Part shown: piece after piece, positions 35,819 through 48,440 of the stretch
Position numbering within the stretch: the stretch's first letter is position 1
Layout of the letters: each line of letters begins with the position of its first letter
Source of the DNA: Bugula neritina
Lineage: Eukaryota > Animalia > Bryozoa
DNA: 64,000 nt
Assembly: GCA_964035545.1 (NCBI GenBank)
Contig: OZ037770.1
Span: 9,740,973-9,804,972, forward strand
Direction of reading: 5' to 3'
Translations under genes and position numbers: made by a program
The notes under the pieces: generated by a model
Told to the model about the DNA's origin: nothing
Databases searched by the model: none
Seen by the model: only the letters and a program-made list of their open reading frames with translations

Positions 35819-38800
35819 TCAATCTTGGCGGCGATTTAGTTTGACTGGAAATATTTTAGTAGTTACAATGTTGATTATGCCTGCCAAAACTAGAGCTGCA
35901 GCTAAATAATACAGTACAGCATTCCAGGACCCTGATTGCTTCTGCAGTAAAGCTGAAATATAAATGCTTTTTTTTACCACAAGCAATGACACGATTTGAA
36001 GTATTGAATATGGGATTAAAAGATCTATTAAACAACTTGCAAAGCAACAACTTTTGAACTGCAAGAAGTATGCAATTTTAACAAAATTTGATTTTTGAAT
36101 TTGAAAATAGAACAATTGGTCAGATATGTTTTACAGATTACTCACGAGATATCCCAAAACATAGAACTGTGGCCATACTTTGTACGCATAGAACTATGCC
36201 ATTTCCAAAAGACGCCACACGTTTGTCAAACCGTTCTAATATTACAAGGGGAGGCAAAGACATGACGGCACTGAAGAAAATGCCTGCGGAAAAAATATGT
36301 ATCATTATTTAGTTTATTCATGGATTACTTTTTTCAATTATACATATATGTATAACGCCGAAATGATAAGTTAAGCTAGCTTTAATCAGAATATGCATAA
36401 CAATAAGGTGACATAATGAAATTTATAGCAGGTTTTACCATAATGTTAGAATTTTATAAGCGTATATAAATATAAGAACCTAGGAAGAGAAATGACACAT
36501 AGAAAGCTTCTTTTTTAGCCCAGACAGCTGCCAGTAATATACTACATCCTGCTCCAATAGAGGAAACACCCAGCTGGAAGAGAGCTGATACTAGCTTCTG
36601 ATTGGCTAATACACCTTGTAGTATTTTACCTGGTATCTCAATAACCCCAAAGATTACAAATGCTGTCGAAACCTGAAAAAAATTAAAATTGCATTTGCCG
36701 TCAATTTGCGGACTTTTGCAAGTAAATCACGTAACTTACTTGATTCACAACTTGTTTAGACAAAGGTGAAAGATACCTAAATTCGTCATACATTACCATA
36801 TATTTTACCCTGATTTTGGATAACCAATATAACTCTAATTATTATATTGTTACATTACACTCTTTGCAAACTGGCTTGAAGTTACTGTATATCTAAATAC
36901 ATTGACTAATTTAAATACCCAGATAAAAATGTGATCAATAAACAAAAATAGCTAGCATTCTGTTAGTGGCCTCGTACATCACCCTTTGATAGCATCTACC
37001 AAAACAACTATATTATTGTTCCATTTTGATTTACTATACCATAATCTGCTACATTTACAAAGCAAAGTAGACAGTATAGTATACTATGTAAGTGCACTAT
37101 ATTGTTTGTTATATTAATAAAAACACCCAAGTTTATAGTCACTTACCTTATGAGAACCCCTGGTAAAACGATTTTTGAAAAAAGCCAAGTACTTATTCGT
37201 ATTATGTGGCACAGAAGCGATTATGACTGGATGCTCTTCCTAACATCACCCATGGCTTTTACTGGGGTTCGAACCCATCATTTCGAGTTTACTAAGCAAA
37301 CACTCTAACCTCAAAACACGCTTGCGGAATACAGTAATATACTTACATGGTGCTTAGCTATTCCCAGCTCCTCTGCATAAAGTGGGAAAACTGCAAATCC
37401 TGATGTAAATGCTTGGATCAACAGAAATGAGGAGACCAAGAAAGTGAGAAACATTTTGTCTGTCAAAAACATTTTCAGCATAGATTTGAGTGAGTTGTCT
37501 GCTCCTGGATCTGAGGAATTGTTCTGTAAGACAATAAGATTTGCACATTTTTCTGTACCAAGACTGTTATATAACTTTATGTGATTCTATATAGGGTTGT
37601 CAGAAAATGCTATTTATAGACATAAGTATTATAGCTAAAAAACTGCAACAGCTAATTACTAAAGATTTCTACTGCATGGCCATTTAGGTCTAAATAACTT
37701 GAAGTGTCTATAATATAGAAGAAATGTATTATATGTATTATCACTTTAAACTAAAACTGCAGATTCTTTGAAATTTGTGAACATTTACTGCAATTAAAAT
37801 TGAGTTAGTTTCAATGATCCAATAGATTACTACATTTATTTAGAACAATATATGCCTTGCAATTAGGCTAGTATTCTATATATAAAGTTTTTTCTAGAGT
37901 ATGGCTTAAATGCATGCGGTTGTAATTTATTTAAATAACTATAATTTATTAGGTTAATTTTATTAATTACATAGATGCATTGATATCTTGAGTTAATTCT
38001 TAGCCCACAGTTCTACATATTAAAAAGGCTGCCTTAACATTTTCAATTGTCAAGAAATTAGCTCACGGTGTCAGGTAATTATGGCCCAGGTATAAATAAT
38101 GGCAAAAGTAATAATGGCACAGGTTATAGTAATGGCACAAATGGAAAAGTATAAGTAAAAGTAGCACATTCTCAATATTGGGGTTTGGAATGGAGGTCTA
38201 GGTTTTCGGATGGTGGTTTGAGTTTAGGAATGGGGTTTAAGAGTTTGGGGTTTGGGAAAATTTAACATTAGTCTGCCATCTTCACCTACTTTTCCATTTG
38301 TGCCATTATTACCTGTGCCGTTTTTACCTGTGCCATCAAAGATCACATGCCATATTCAATTATACTTTTATAAGTTCTCGCTCAAACAGAAGTCTGAATA
38401 AAACTGTTAACAAAGTTGGCGGATGCATTCAGCAAAGGTAACAGTTTATTTTATAACTTTACCTCTGTTGAAATACTGGATCTGCTTTGAACATGATTTT
38501 GCTCTCTATGTATTTGCTCTGGGGTAGCTGCTTCAGCTGTGGAAGAAAACAATTAACAGTAATTTGAGCATAGAAATGCCACTACAAACTTTCAAACTGA
38601 TATCTGAATTGTCTATTTAACAGCTGTGGAAAAAAAATGTCTCACAATTAAAAGTTTTATTTCAATATTAAAGTTATAGTCCTTTAGTATATAAAAAATT
38701 GAATATTTGTTATCCAACTTAACTTTATTTATATTCTATACAGCTATAATATCGAATTTTTAGCAAGCTGTACACAATCTAAACTTTTTAGATTTGTTTA

Positions 38801-41800
38801 CTTAATGCACAAGCAAATTATGCCTATAGTTTTCTGTTATAATAAAGTAAAATTATACGACCAATAAGAAGCTTATAAAGGATTTATCAGAACCTGCTGT
38901 GACGTGCTTTGCAAAATTTTAGCAACTATAAGTACTGCTTTCTTTTTAATTGCCACTTAAATAATTTTGTTTCATTACCTGTTTTGCTAGAAAGCGAAGT
39001 AGTAGACTTGTTTGCCTCATCAGATAGTTGAAACATCTTATTTTCATTTCCTTTTAAATTGTGTGAATCTTTTTTGCTAGTTTTCCTAAAAAGATTGTAT
39101 ATAGAAAACTGCTAAAAAGTAAATTGCAAAGCGATAGTTTGAACATCATTTAGTTTGAGATTCTAATTAGATTTTGAGCAAATTTAAAATAGAAAACAAA
39201 GATTTTTTACTTTAACTTTAGCTCATGTTGAAATAGTATAGTCTATTTACATACCAGTAGGATTTTGGTCTGATCAGCATAAATGGTATAATAAATTGCA
39301 CTACTATGGCAGCCATAGCCAATAATGTCTCCTGGTAAGTGAAATTATCAAACAGATATCTGCACAAGGGTGGTAGAGCCAGAGTACCAATACCTGCTCC
39401 AGCTGTAACCAGACCCACAGCTGTTGCTTTACTTTTCTCAAAGTAAACAGTTGCTGCCCATATCAATGAGCTGAAGGAGAAGCCAACTCCCACACCTGTC
39501 ATTATAACTCAGATGTAAAAGCAATTTATACGCATGCAATTAGCAATTTACTTGAGATCATTTACTGCTGTTCCAAGCTACTCATTACACAAACGGACTT
39601 TTTATTTAATGTTTGGAAACAGTTGCATGGAATGAAACCATAGCCGCAAGCTCATACAAGAGCTGTAACCACAAATTCATTTGTAGAAGTGCAGTCATTT
39701 GCATATAATTACAGGTTTCCATGACAATTAGAAGAAAGCAAATTGATGCTGCAAAGATAAATTTGGGGTTGCAGTTTGCATTAACTTATGGTTGTGGTAT
39801 TAGTAATACAAGCTTGGAAGCAATTAGCAATTACATAATCATGTGCACAACCACTTTTCAATATTAACACTCATGTTATTTGAATATGCATTTGTGATTT
39901 ATCGGTTTAATAAAATTTATAAAATCTTTTGTAAAGTGAAAAGCAGTGAATAGTTACCAACTAGTGATGTTGCTATGTAAAGTACGTATATATTTGGTGC
40001 ATACGCCAAGAGAACATAACCACAAGATATTAACACCATTCCAACAGCTCCCACAATTCTGTGCTGTACTCTAGTCAAGGCATATCCTGCCACTGGACCT
40101 GCGAGTATAACAATTCATTGATTGAAAACGATTTACGTTGAAATTTCTCATCAATTATTTATACATCGTCTAACTTTTAGCTGCTAAATGAGAAAATAAT
40201 GAAGCATATGCAAGAGATAGCATTTTATTTCCATAATAAATACAAAACTATTCAAAATGAAGATTACAAAAACATACCACCATACTATAAAAGTCGAGCT
40301 GTTTAAAAAGAAATTCAATGAATATAAATTATTTAGGGTTCCTGTAAATTAGTATGTAGGTATTTGTTGCAGCTATAAAGAGAACATTAAAAGTTTCAAA
40401 TTATTGCTTGTAGGTGGTTAACTCTTATTATTTGTGGCTAACTTTGTGCCTTTCTTTGCATCACTTTAGTTAATCCTGGTTCTAGCTACTATAGTTAGCA
40501 AAATTTAGCATAAACCTATAAGAGAATTGCTATATAAAAAAATTTTTGCATGAGAGAAAATAGCGTTGAAATCAATTCGACAAATACATTATATAATATA
40601 TTGCTGAGAATGCTACAATTTGCAATGTAATAACGATTATTAAAACTTTTGTCATGTTTTGTTGCGAACAAAGCAATAAGGGCTGTTTAAAATTTGTTTT
40701 GTGTATCAACAGCAAGTATATGCATGCAGTTGATAAATCACTTAACACATTAGAATCAAAATTGTCCAATTTTCAATAATGGCCGAGTTGTTATTTAGAA
40801 TGTGCAATGTAGTAGGTGAATTAGCCTTTTAGTATACCTTCTCAAAATATTTTTATTAATAGGGCTATTGCGATGAGTTCTTATTTTTAGACAAAAACAA
40901 ATATGTAGTTTTATTGTTTGTACACACTCATTTGGAAAAGAATTATTCCAAGTATGATACTTCGGTATTATAAAAACCTTTATTTGCATGCAAAATGTTT
41001 TAGTTTATGGCAGTTTGTTTTTACAAAAAAATGCGAAGAAGTTATTCAGTGTGTTGTTCCCAGAGCTCCAGCAAAGCTAAACAATTTCTAGGCACTTTTT
41101 AGTGAGATCAACAGCGTGAACAAATTCAAAAATTCCACAACGCTTTTCCATTACAATATTTGGAAGCCCATGACACTTTAGCTAATAAAAGCCACATAAA
41201 AATATATGTAATTAGAATTGCGTGAAGGGTGGGCCACTCACCTGTTACGGCTTTCATTAATTGACATAATATATTCATTTCACATAAAACGTGTCACATT
41301 TCACACACCAAAATTATTCATCATGCATGTTTTAATTTATATGCTGAACTGAGAATAATAGTAAGTGTAGGGCCATGCATACGAAAATTTCTCTTACGAG
41401 CGGTTTGCATGCGGACATTTCTTTTAGCCCACTGATGAGCAGTTGCGAGTGGGTTTCAGACGAATTTTATGCTGAACTGCCAATGTAGAAAGCTTGGTTG
41501 ACATTAACATGCATAATTTTTGAGTTGCAATGTGTACTTCACTTTTTACCAAGCTGAATTATGCATACATAGCTGTAAAACAAACACCTGTAGGCACGCA
41601 GCAAGGTACAAACCAAATATCATTAGCTAATAAATTTCGACACCCTGAGCCAATGCACTGTGTACAGCAGGTTTTTCTTGCAACAACAGGATTTATAGCA
41701 GAGAGAGATTGAAGCGAGTGCAATTGTATACAGAATAATTATGGAAGACATGAAAGCTGAAATACAAATGTTTAATATCAGAAAAAGACAGAAATGGAAC

Positions 41801-44571
41801 AATTCATAACATAATCTAAAAGTTTAGAAAGTTGGGATGTTTGTAGAAGCTAATTGCAATCAGCAGAAAATTGGCGGTGTTGAACAAGTGTATCTAATGC
41901 TTTGTAATAAATGTAGATACAAAGCTAGTTATAAAAAATTTGGATTCAACAGGTCAGCCTATTGAAGAACCCGTCACCCTAAGATGACCTATCCAGAAAC
42001 TAATGTTACTAATGTTTAATAAAATAGACTTTTAACAGTGTTCAAATAGATTATCTTTATTATATCTTATGTTACTAGCAAATAAATTAGTCTGAGTGTC
42101 CTTACTGATTGAAACAATTATGCTAATAACACTTTGTGTTGAAATGCATTTTTACGATTGACTAACAGATATGGGGCGTTGGTGTTTGAAATAAATATAT
42201 AAACCTAAAACTAAACTAAAATTCAAGGTATTTAAGCGCACTATAATAGGGTCCACAAATCGTCTTACTCATTATTAAAGGGAAATCAAAAGGCACTATA
42301 CATTCCAGAGTATCTCAACCCTGCAGACTTGGCTTACTTGATTGTCAAAAGTTATGTACCAGCGTGTGGTTTCGAAATATATACCAGCAGCTTTTTATGT
42401 TGCACTTACCTGCAGTAAGCACGGACATGTGTTTTAGTTTCAATTGAACAAATTTTAGTCTTTGGGTTATGGGGCCACAGCTGTGTTTTGTATGTCTAGC
42501 TGCTGAATTATTTAACGCAATATTAATTGCAATTTCACACTCTAAGTCAATTCCTTTTAAAGTTATATTTTATTAGAAGGTTAATTAAGCAAATGAAGTT
42601 ATTATTTCAAAAGGCTAATGGAAAACTAGAAATTTCACTGTAGCATTCCTGAGACTTTAAAGGAATGAAGCTACTTTATTGGTTCACTTGATTTTCTGTT
42701 GTCCTGACAGCCTTACTGTATGGAGCTGAGACTTGGATGGTGTACCGCACTCAAGTCAAGAGGCGATAACATGCTTACATGATGAGGCAACTGAGAACAA
42801 TACAAAATGCTACCCGGCAAGATATAGTCACAAATTAAACAAGGAAATTCTTCAACGCTCAGATCTACCATTATAGTATAGCTGACATACTGATAGAAAA
42901 GGGACTTTGGTGGCTAGGCCATATTTATATAGAAGGAATAAAAAACACCCATATCCCAGATAGTTGCTGTATACTCAATTCTCTGTGAAGGCAAAAAAAA
43001 TAATGGCAGACTTTGACTGCGATTTAAAAATGTTGCTAAGCACAGCATAAAGTGAAGAGAGATAGACACCTAAAGATGGTGGGCAGAAAACAGAGTGGTG
43101 TGGAGGGCTGCCATCAAGCCTCAAACATAGAACAGTCATTTGCGAATTCACCAACTGCAGAAAGAGTTCACTTAATTTAAATTTATTACTTGAACCAGCA
43201 AAACCACACAGAGGTGAGGCAACCATAAAAGTACACCCCAACACAATGTGTTTTTGACAGTTGTTTCATTCTTTTACACGACAGATGATTGAGAATGTGC
43301 ATGTTAAGTATTTTGAATTTTCTAAATAGATGTTTGCAAATAGTTTTGCATACATTATGAAATAATATTAAAAATCAGCTTCATTGCAGGCCATTCTTTT
43401 TACACCTCTAATATCTGGCTTGATATAGTATTAAGCTTACCTATAGCAAATATTAGAACAGGAGTTAGTGAAGTTATCCATAGCCCAGTCTGTTCATCAA
43501 TATTATATACAGTCATCATCTCTACCAGAATTATTCCAATTATTCTAGCTTGTGGCATTGTCAGTGAGAAAAGTATGCAACCAACTAAAATAATTAAAAG
43601 AATCACAATTGAAGAAAATAGCTGGGGCATTATATATAGAATTATATTACTGTAGTTGAACACATGTTATAGAAACAGAACGTTGCCAATTAGATATTCA
43701 GGCAGGTGTTTTTTATAGTCAATTAGTTATTAAGAGTGATTGATCATACAATCATATTGTAGAGTTTTTTCTGGTATAGAAGGATAAGGCATAAAAGTTC
43801 GGAATAATGTCGCTTATTTTTAGACAAGACTTAAAAACTGTAAAGACCATGTACAATAAGATATCGTTGAAATCTATTGGTGTGAAGTCTCACTTTTCAC
43901 TATTTATTATAATAGCGTTAAACCTAAATTAGAGTGAAAATAATAAAAATCGTTAGTAGGTATTCATCACCAGCTTAGTTCAAATTATAATTTAAATATT
44001 AACACAGTTTTCTTTTCTAAAAAAAACTAAAAAAAATGTATAGTAACTATCCCTGTGAAAACCCCTGATTGAAAAGGCTATTTTTAAAGTGGGCTAAGGA
44101 TTAATTTATATGTGGCACATGAGGAATTATTACTGCATGCTTTTTCTAACATCATCAATGGCCTTTAATGAGATTCAAACTCATGACTCTGTGTTTACAA
44201 AGCAAACGCTCTAACCCCTAGAGTCTAGGGCCTAGACTATGGCTGAAGTTTAAGGTTGTTTTAGATTTTTTCACTTGCTTAAGAAAAAAGGAGGGGCTTT
44301 GATAGATAAAAAGTATTTCAATATATTAAACAAACAAACCTTTGCTCTATATACTCGTATTGTACAGTAATAGGTTAAGAAATAATGAACATTATTTTTT
44401 TTATGGAACAGCAGTTTGGTATATGCTAATTGTATGCAGCATAAAGTTGGATATATGAAAAAACTTAAAATAGCCGCAATAATATTAAATAAAAGTGAAA
44501 TTATCAGCATAGTCACCTGTGGCTACCACCCAGGAGTAAGTACTGTCTACTGGATAAGTTGATACCCCCAT
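35819..44571 (-). CDS. SLC16/monocarboxylate-transporter family (MFS) protein, copy 1, 10 coding exons, 467 aa
   Basis: Exons 44517-44571, 43441-43584, 39958-40098, 39255-39495, 38979-39085, 38463-38536, 37347-37523, 36480-36672, 36146-36283, 35819-35952 (1404 nt in frame). Motifs PVDSTYSWVV (cf. PPDGGWGW), YFEKSKATAVGLVTAG (cf. YFxKRRxxAxG) and SGSW before the last TM helix. Confidence 0.9.
37128..37312 (-). mobile_element. SINE copy
   Basis: ttatgactggatgctcttcctaacatcacc..ggttcgaacccat matches the family. Confidence 0.82.
38064..38337. mobile_element. MITE/foldback element with repeated AATGGCACAGGTA subterminal units and a GGGTTT-rich core
   Basis: Left arm (aatggcacaggt..aatggcacaaatggaaaagta) is inverted relative to the right arm (tacttttccatttgtgccattattacctgtgcc). 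Confidence 0.65.
42695..43120 (+). mobile_element. RTE-clade LINE 3' fragment, degenerate
   Basis: Broken frames read VVLTALLYGAETW..QLRTI..DIVTN/KEILQR..LWWLGH..GRL*LRFK..AENRVVWRAAI, the typical region after the reverse transcriptase in RTE/BovB elements. Confidence 0.8.
44039..44245 (-). mobile_element. SINE copy
   Basis: actatccctgtgaaaacccctgat..ctaacatcatcaatggccttt..aacgctctaacccctag..ctagactatggctg. Confidence 0.8.
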
Positions 44572-44821
44572 TTCTTTTGCCAGTTTTCCAAAATCCTCGT
44601 TATGAAATTGAGCTTTCAGTGTAACGCTCTGCTTGTTCAACTATATAAACTGCGGAATAATAATATTATTGGAAAAACAGTGAAAATGTACTAAATACTT
44701 AAATTAAAAAAAGCTTATACTTTTTATCTTAAGAAGCATACCAGATGTTTAAGCTCGACAGCCTGTAATGCTGCACCTAAAAGTTGGAGGCATAACAGTA
44801 ACAGGCACTCCCAGTTATATA

Positions 44822-45085
44822 TCCCACTATGTCCCAGTATGTCCCGCTATGTCCCAGTATGTTCTGGTCAGTTCCAGTTGGTCCCATCTGGTTCCAGTAT
44901 GTCCCAGTTGGTCTCAGTTGGTCCCAGTCGGTCCCAGTCGGTCCCACTATGTCCCAGTCAATTTCAGTCAGTCCCACAAAGTCCTAGCCAATCCCAGTGT
45001 GCTACAGTATGTCCCATGCAGGTGGTCCCACTATGTCTCAGTCGGTCCCACTCGGTTTCAGTTAGTCCCAGTCGTTCCCAGTATG
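44822..45085. repeat. 10-bp minisatellite (GTCCCAGTAT/GTCCCACTAT variants)
   Basis: About 25 degenerate units in phase; it explains the three overlapping ORFs here. Confidence 0.9.
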
Positions 45086-46076
45086 ACAAGATTAAACACA
45101 ATGTTGACTGAAAATGTCATCCATCATATTCATTGGAGTAGTGCTTATTTTTTTGTTCAACTTAATTATAATACAGCGCTAACTTTAGGTTTACTGCTTT
45201 CAATTATAGCTGTGCTACTTTACACATGGGTTTAACCAGTACTGGCTAACATCTGTCTTTTTCTTTAAGATTAAATGGAAAAGTCAACCGCTATATTTTC
45301 AGCTTAGATCAATAATTGCATGGTCCAGGAGCTGATACCATATCCAAATGTTTTATATTTTATATTTATCTCACCAATCTGATAAAAATTGATTTTAATA
45401 AATGTTTTGCAAGACCTAGAAAATTTTTTACTTGAGTTTGTTAAGCCAGATAAAGCAATTGCATGCACATAAGTTTTTTTTAGAATTTGCTTTCTGGTCA
45501 ACTTAAAGCAAATCATTATTTTTGAACCTGCGAACATAAATAAAAGTGCTGTTTTGATATCAATCTTGCCTAAAAAACGGTTTTCAAGCAATTTAGTCAC
45601 ACCAACTCCAAGTGAACAAAGTAAAGTTGATAAATAATGTATATAGATGCTCACCTGCAGGCTGACTTAAGATATTGTAATATACGTATAACCTCCTTGT
45701 CTAGTGAATTTAGAAGTTATACATTGTGTAACATGTGTGAAGTCCACACCCAGCATAAAACTATTAATAAGCACAACTATACGAATATTTAGGGCTCGGT
45801 ATGTCATCAAAGCCACGCATGCCATCAACACTGGTTTACAAAGTTTGCCCAAAAAGCAAGTCGCAAGCTAACAAAGTCTGCGTTATTTCATAAGCATTCA
45901 GGTGTGAATAGATTTCAAAAATATCCTATAAAATATTCACACACTCCGCTCGATTTGCATTCATAATAAGATGCAAAAAGGTGTTCATGCTTTTTTTGCA
46001 AAAAATGTATGCTAGGAGATAGATACTCAATTTTAGAACTTAGGGATATCATTGCAAGTGACCTGCAGTACTGGGC

Positions 46077-46285
46077 TATATTATTATATTATATAATCTC
46101 GTACAATACAATTATATATTATCATGTAATATTATATAATATTATATTACATTACATTATATTACATGTATGTTGTATTCTATTACATTAAAATATATTA
46201 TACCAAAATATATAATATTATATTATATATTGCATTATATTACAATCTATTGTATTGTATTATATTTTACTCTATTATATTATAT
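46077..46285. repeat. Degenerate (TATTA)n low-complexity repeat
   Basis: Direct reading. Confidence 0.8.
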
Positions 46286-46698
46286 GAAGGCAGTGAAAGT
46301 CATTATTACAAGGAATATTTTATAGCTGTAACAATCAAAGAGAAATTTATATGGAAAGACAATTCTCATGTTTTCTTAGCGGTACAGATTAAAAACTCAC
46401 AGCGTATCTATGAGTTTTTAATCTCAAAAGTCCTTGAAAAGTAAAAAGTGAAGATAAATGCAAAAACCCGTCGACTATACTATATGTGTATTACTCTACA
46501 GTTTGCATATGTTGCAGCTAGATTTATCATTTATTTAGCACAGGTATAAATATAAATAGTACCATTTTTATATTTTATAAATGTTGCTATATAATTGAAA
46601 CATATAAATTCTCATTTACTAAGCTTTAACTCATTTCAAAGCATAAATATACATACATGGGTATAGAGTAATATTGTATGATATGAGTATAAAATAAC

Positions 46699-46879
46699 GT
46701 TTATAGTCGCCATCCCTGTGAGAAACCGTTGATAGAAGGACTTATTCAGACGAGCTAGGCACAAGACCAATAGTGAGTGAATGCTCTTCCTAACATTACT
46801 AATGGTCTTTACTGGGACTCCAACTTATGACTTCATTTAAACTAAGCCAGTGCTCTAACCCCTAGACCATGGCCGCTCC
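46699..46879 (-). mobile_element. SINE copy (internal deletion)
   Basis: gtttatagtcgccatccctgtgagaaac..atgctcttcctaacat..ctctaacccctagaccatggccgctcc. Confidence 0.8.
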
Positions 46880-46890
46880 ATTGAGCAATG

Positions 46891-47063
<173 letters not shown>

Positions 47064-48440
47064 GTTTAAAGAATAACTAAGAAATTGCTGTTTGTTTTCT
47101 TAAGCATGCTTAATTTCACGTAGCAATTTATAGTTTACCTCAAAGTGATAGATGTTCTCAACCAAAGTACTGCAGCTTTTCATCGCTATAACCACACAGC
47201 GGCAATTGCCACATTACGTAATTTCTCGCCAACATCTCTATTTTGCAACATATTTTGCTGTTTTATGTATACTTAACATTTATTGCTCAATTTATCAGGA
47301 GAAGATAACTCAGCACGCAATATTTAAAAAAATCAAGGTTTGTTTGTTTCACAGGAATTCTAAGAACATAATTTAGTAATTATAGATTGTGAGATTTATG
47401 ATGTATTATGATAATGAATATTATCATTATGATACTTTAAATATGTACATTATTGTTTATTTGAATTAATAAATTGACACTAAGTTATTTGATGGCATGC
47501 ACAGTCAGATATTAGCAGTGTTTATAGTGCTCTCTCGCATATAGTAATTTGAATTGACATATATTAGTAAAAATTATTATTTTACAACAGCAGTGTAATA
47601 AATTAGGCTAGGCTATAATAAAGTTAAGACAGATTTGGATTATAATAATTGGTGATTCTAAGGTCTTGTTTGGTTATAGTTAGGAGAAACAGTTTGACAC
47701 TTGTTTTGTGATAGGAAACATATTATTTAGTTATATACGTTATTTATTTAAAAAAGATATCATTATAAGTCAGACTGGAATAAAGTCTGCTTTTGCGTTA
47801 TTATACAACAAAATTTTATGAATAGTTGTTATTAAAGCATATTTTAAAGCTGAAAGTTATTTCAGTACTTATTATACGCAAAGTTTTAAAATATGGACAT
47901 GCATGGTCATACCTGAGTCATCTGCAATGACAGCATGCACGAAGTTTGAAAATCTTCTGCCTATCTTTATAATTTTCAGTTGATTTCTTTTAATTGTTGA
48001 AGCAATCCTTATAATTTCTGAAAACTTTTAATGACAAATAAAAGAATAAAAGTTTAAAAGAAGTTTAGGAAAATAACAAAAGTTTTTATTAGATGCTAAA
48101 AATTTATGACTTATATTTTGATGACCATATATATACACTGAGCCAATCCACGTCTAAAGTTGTGGTGCAGAATGGTCAAAATATTTTTTCAAAGTATAGT
48201 ATTTTTAAAAATTGAGTAGTAAATAGTAAACATTTACATAAACGTTTGACTTTCTATTTTAGAATTTTAACAAATATTAAAATAAAATTGTAAACTGTTA
48301 CACTATTCACGTACATGGGTCATTAAGTGCAATGTTGTAAAAGAATTAATATTCAGCTCACCCACAGATTTAAAATAAAATTAATCAACCAACACCAACT
48401 TAAAACCTTGCAATACACAGTCAGGCTCTTCTGTCTCCTC

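Noticed and set aside
44768-45235. 155-aa ORF and overlapping ORFs
   Set aside because: Produced by the 10-bp minisatellite.
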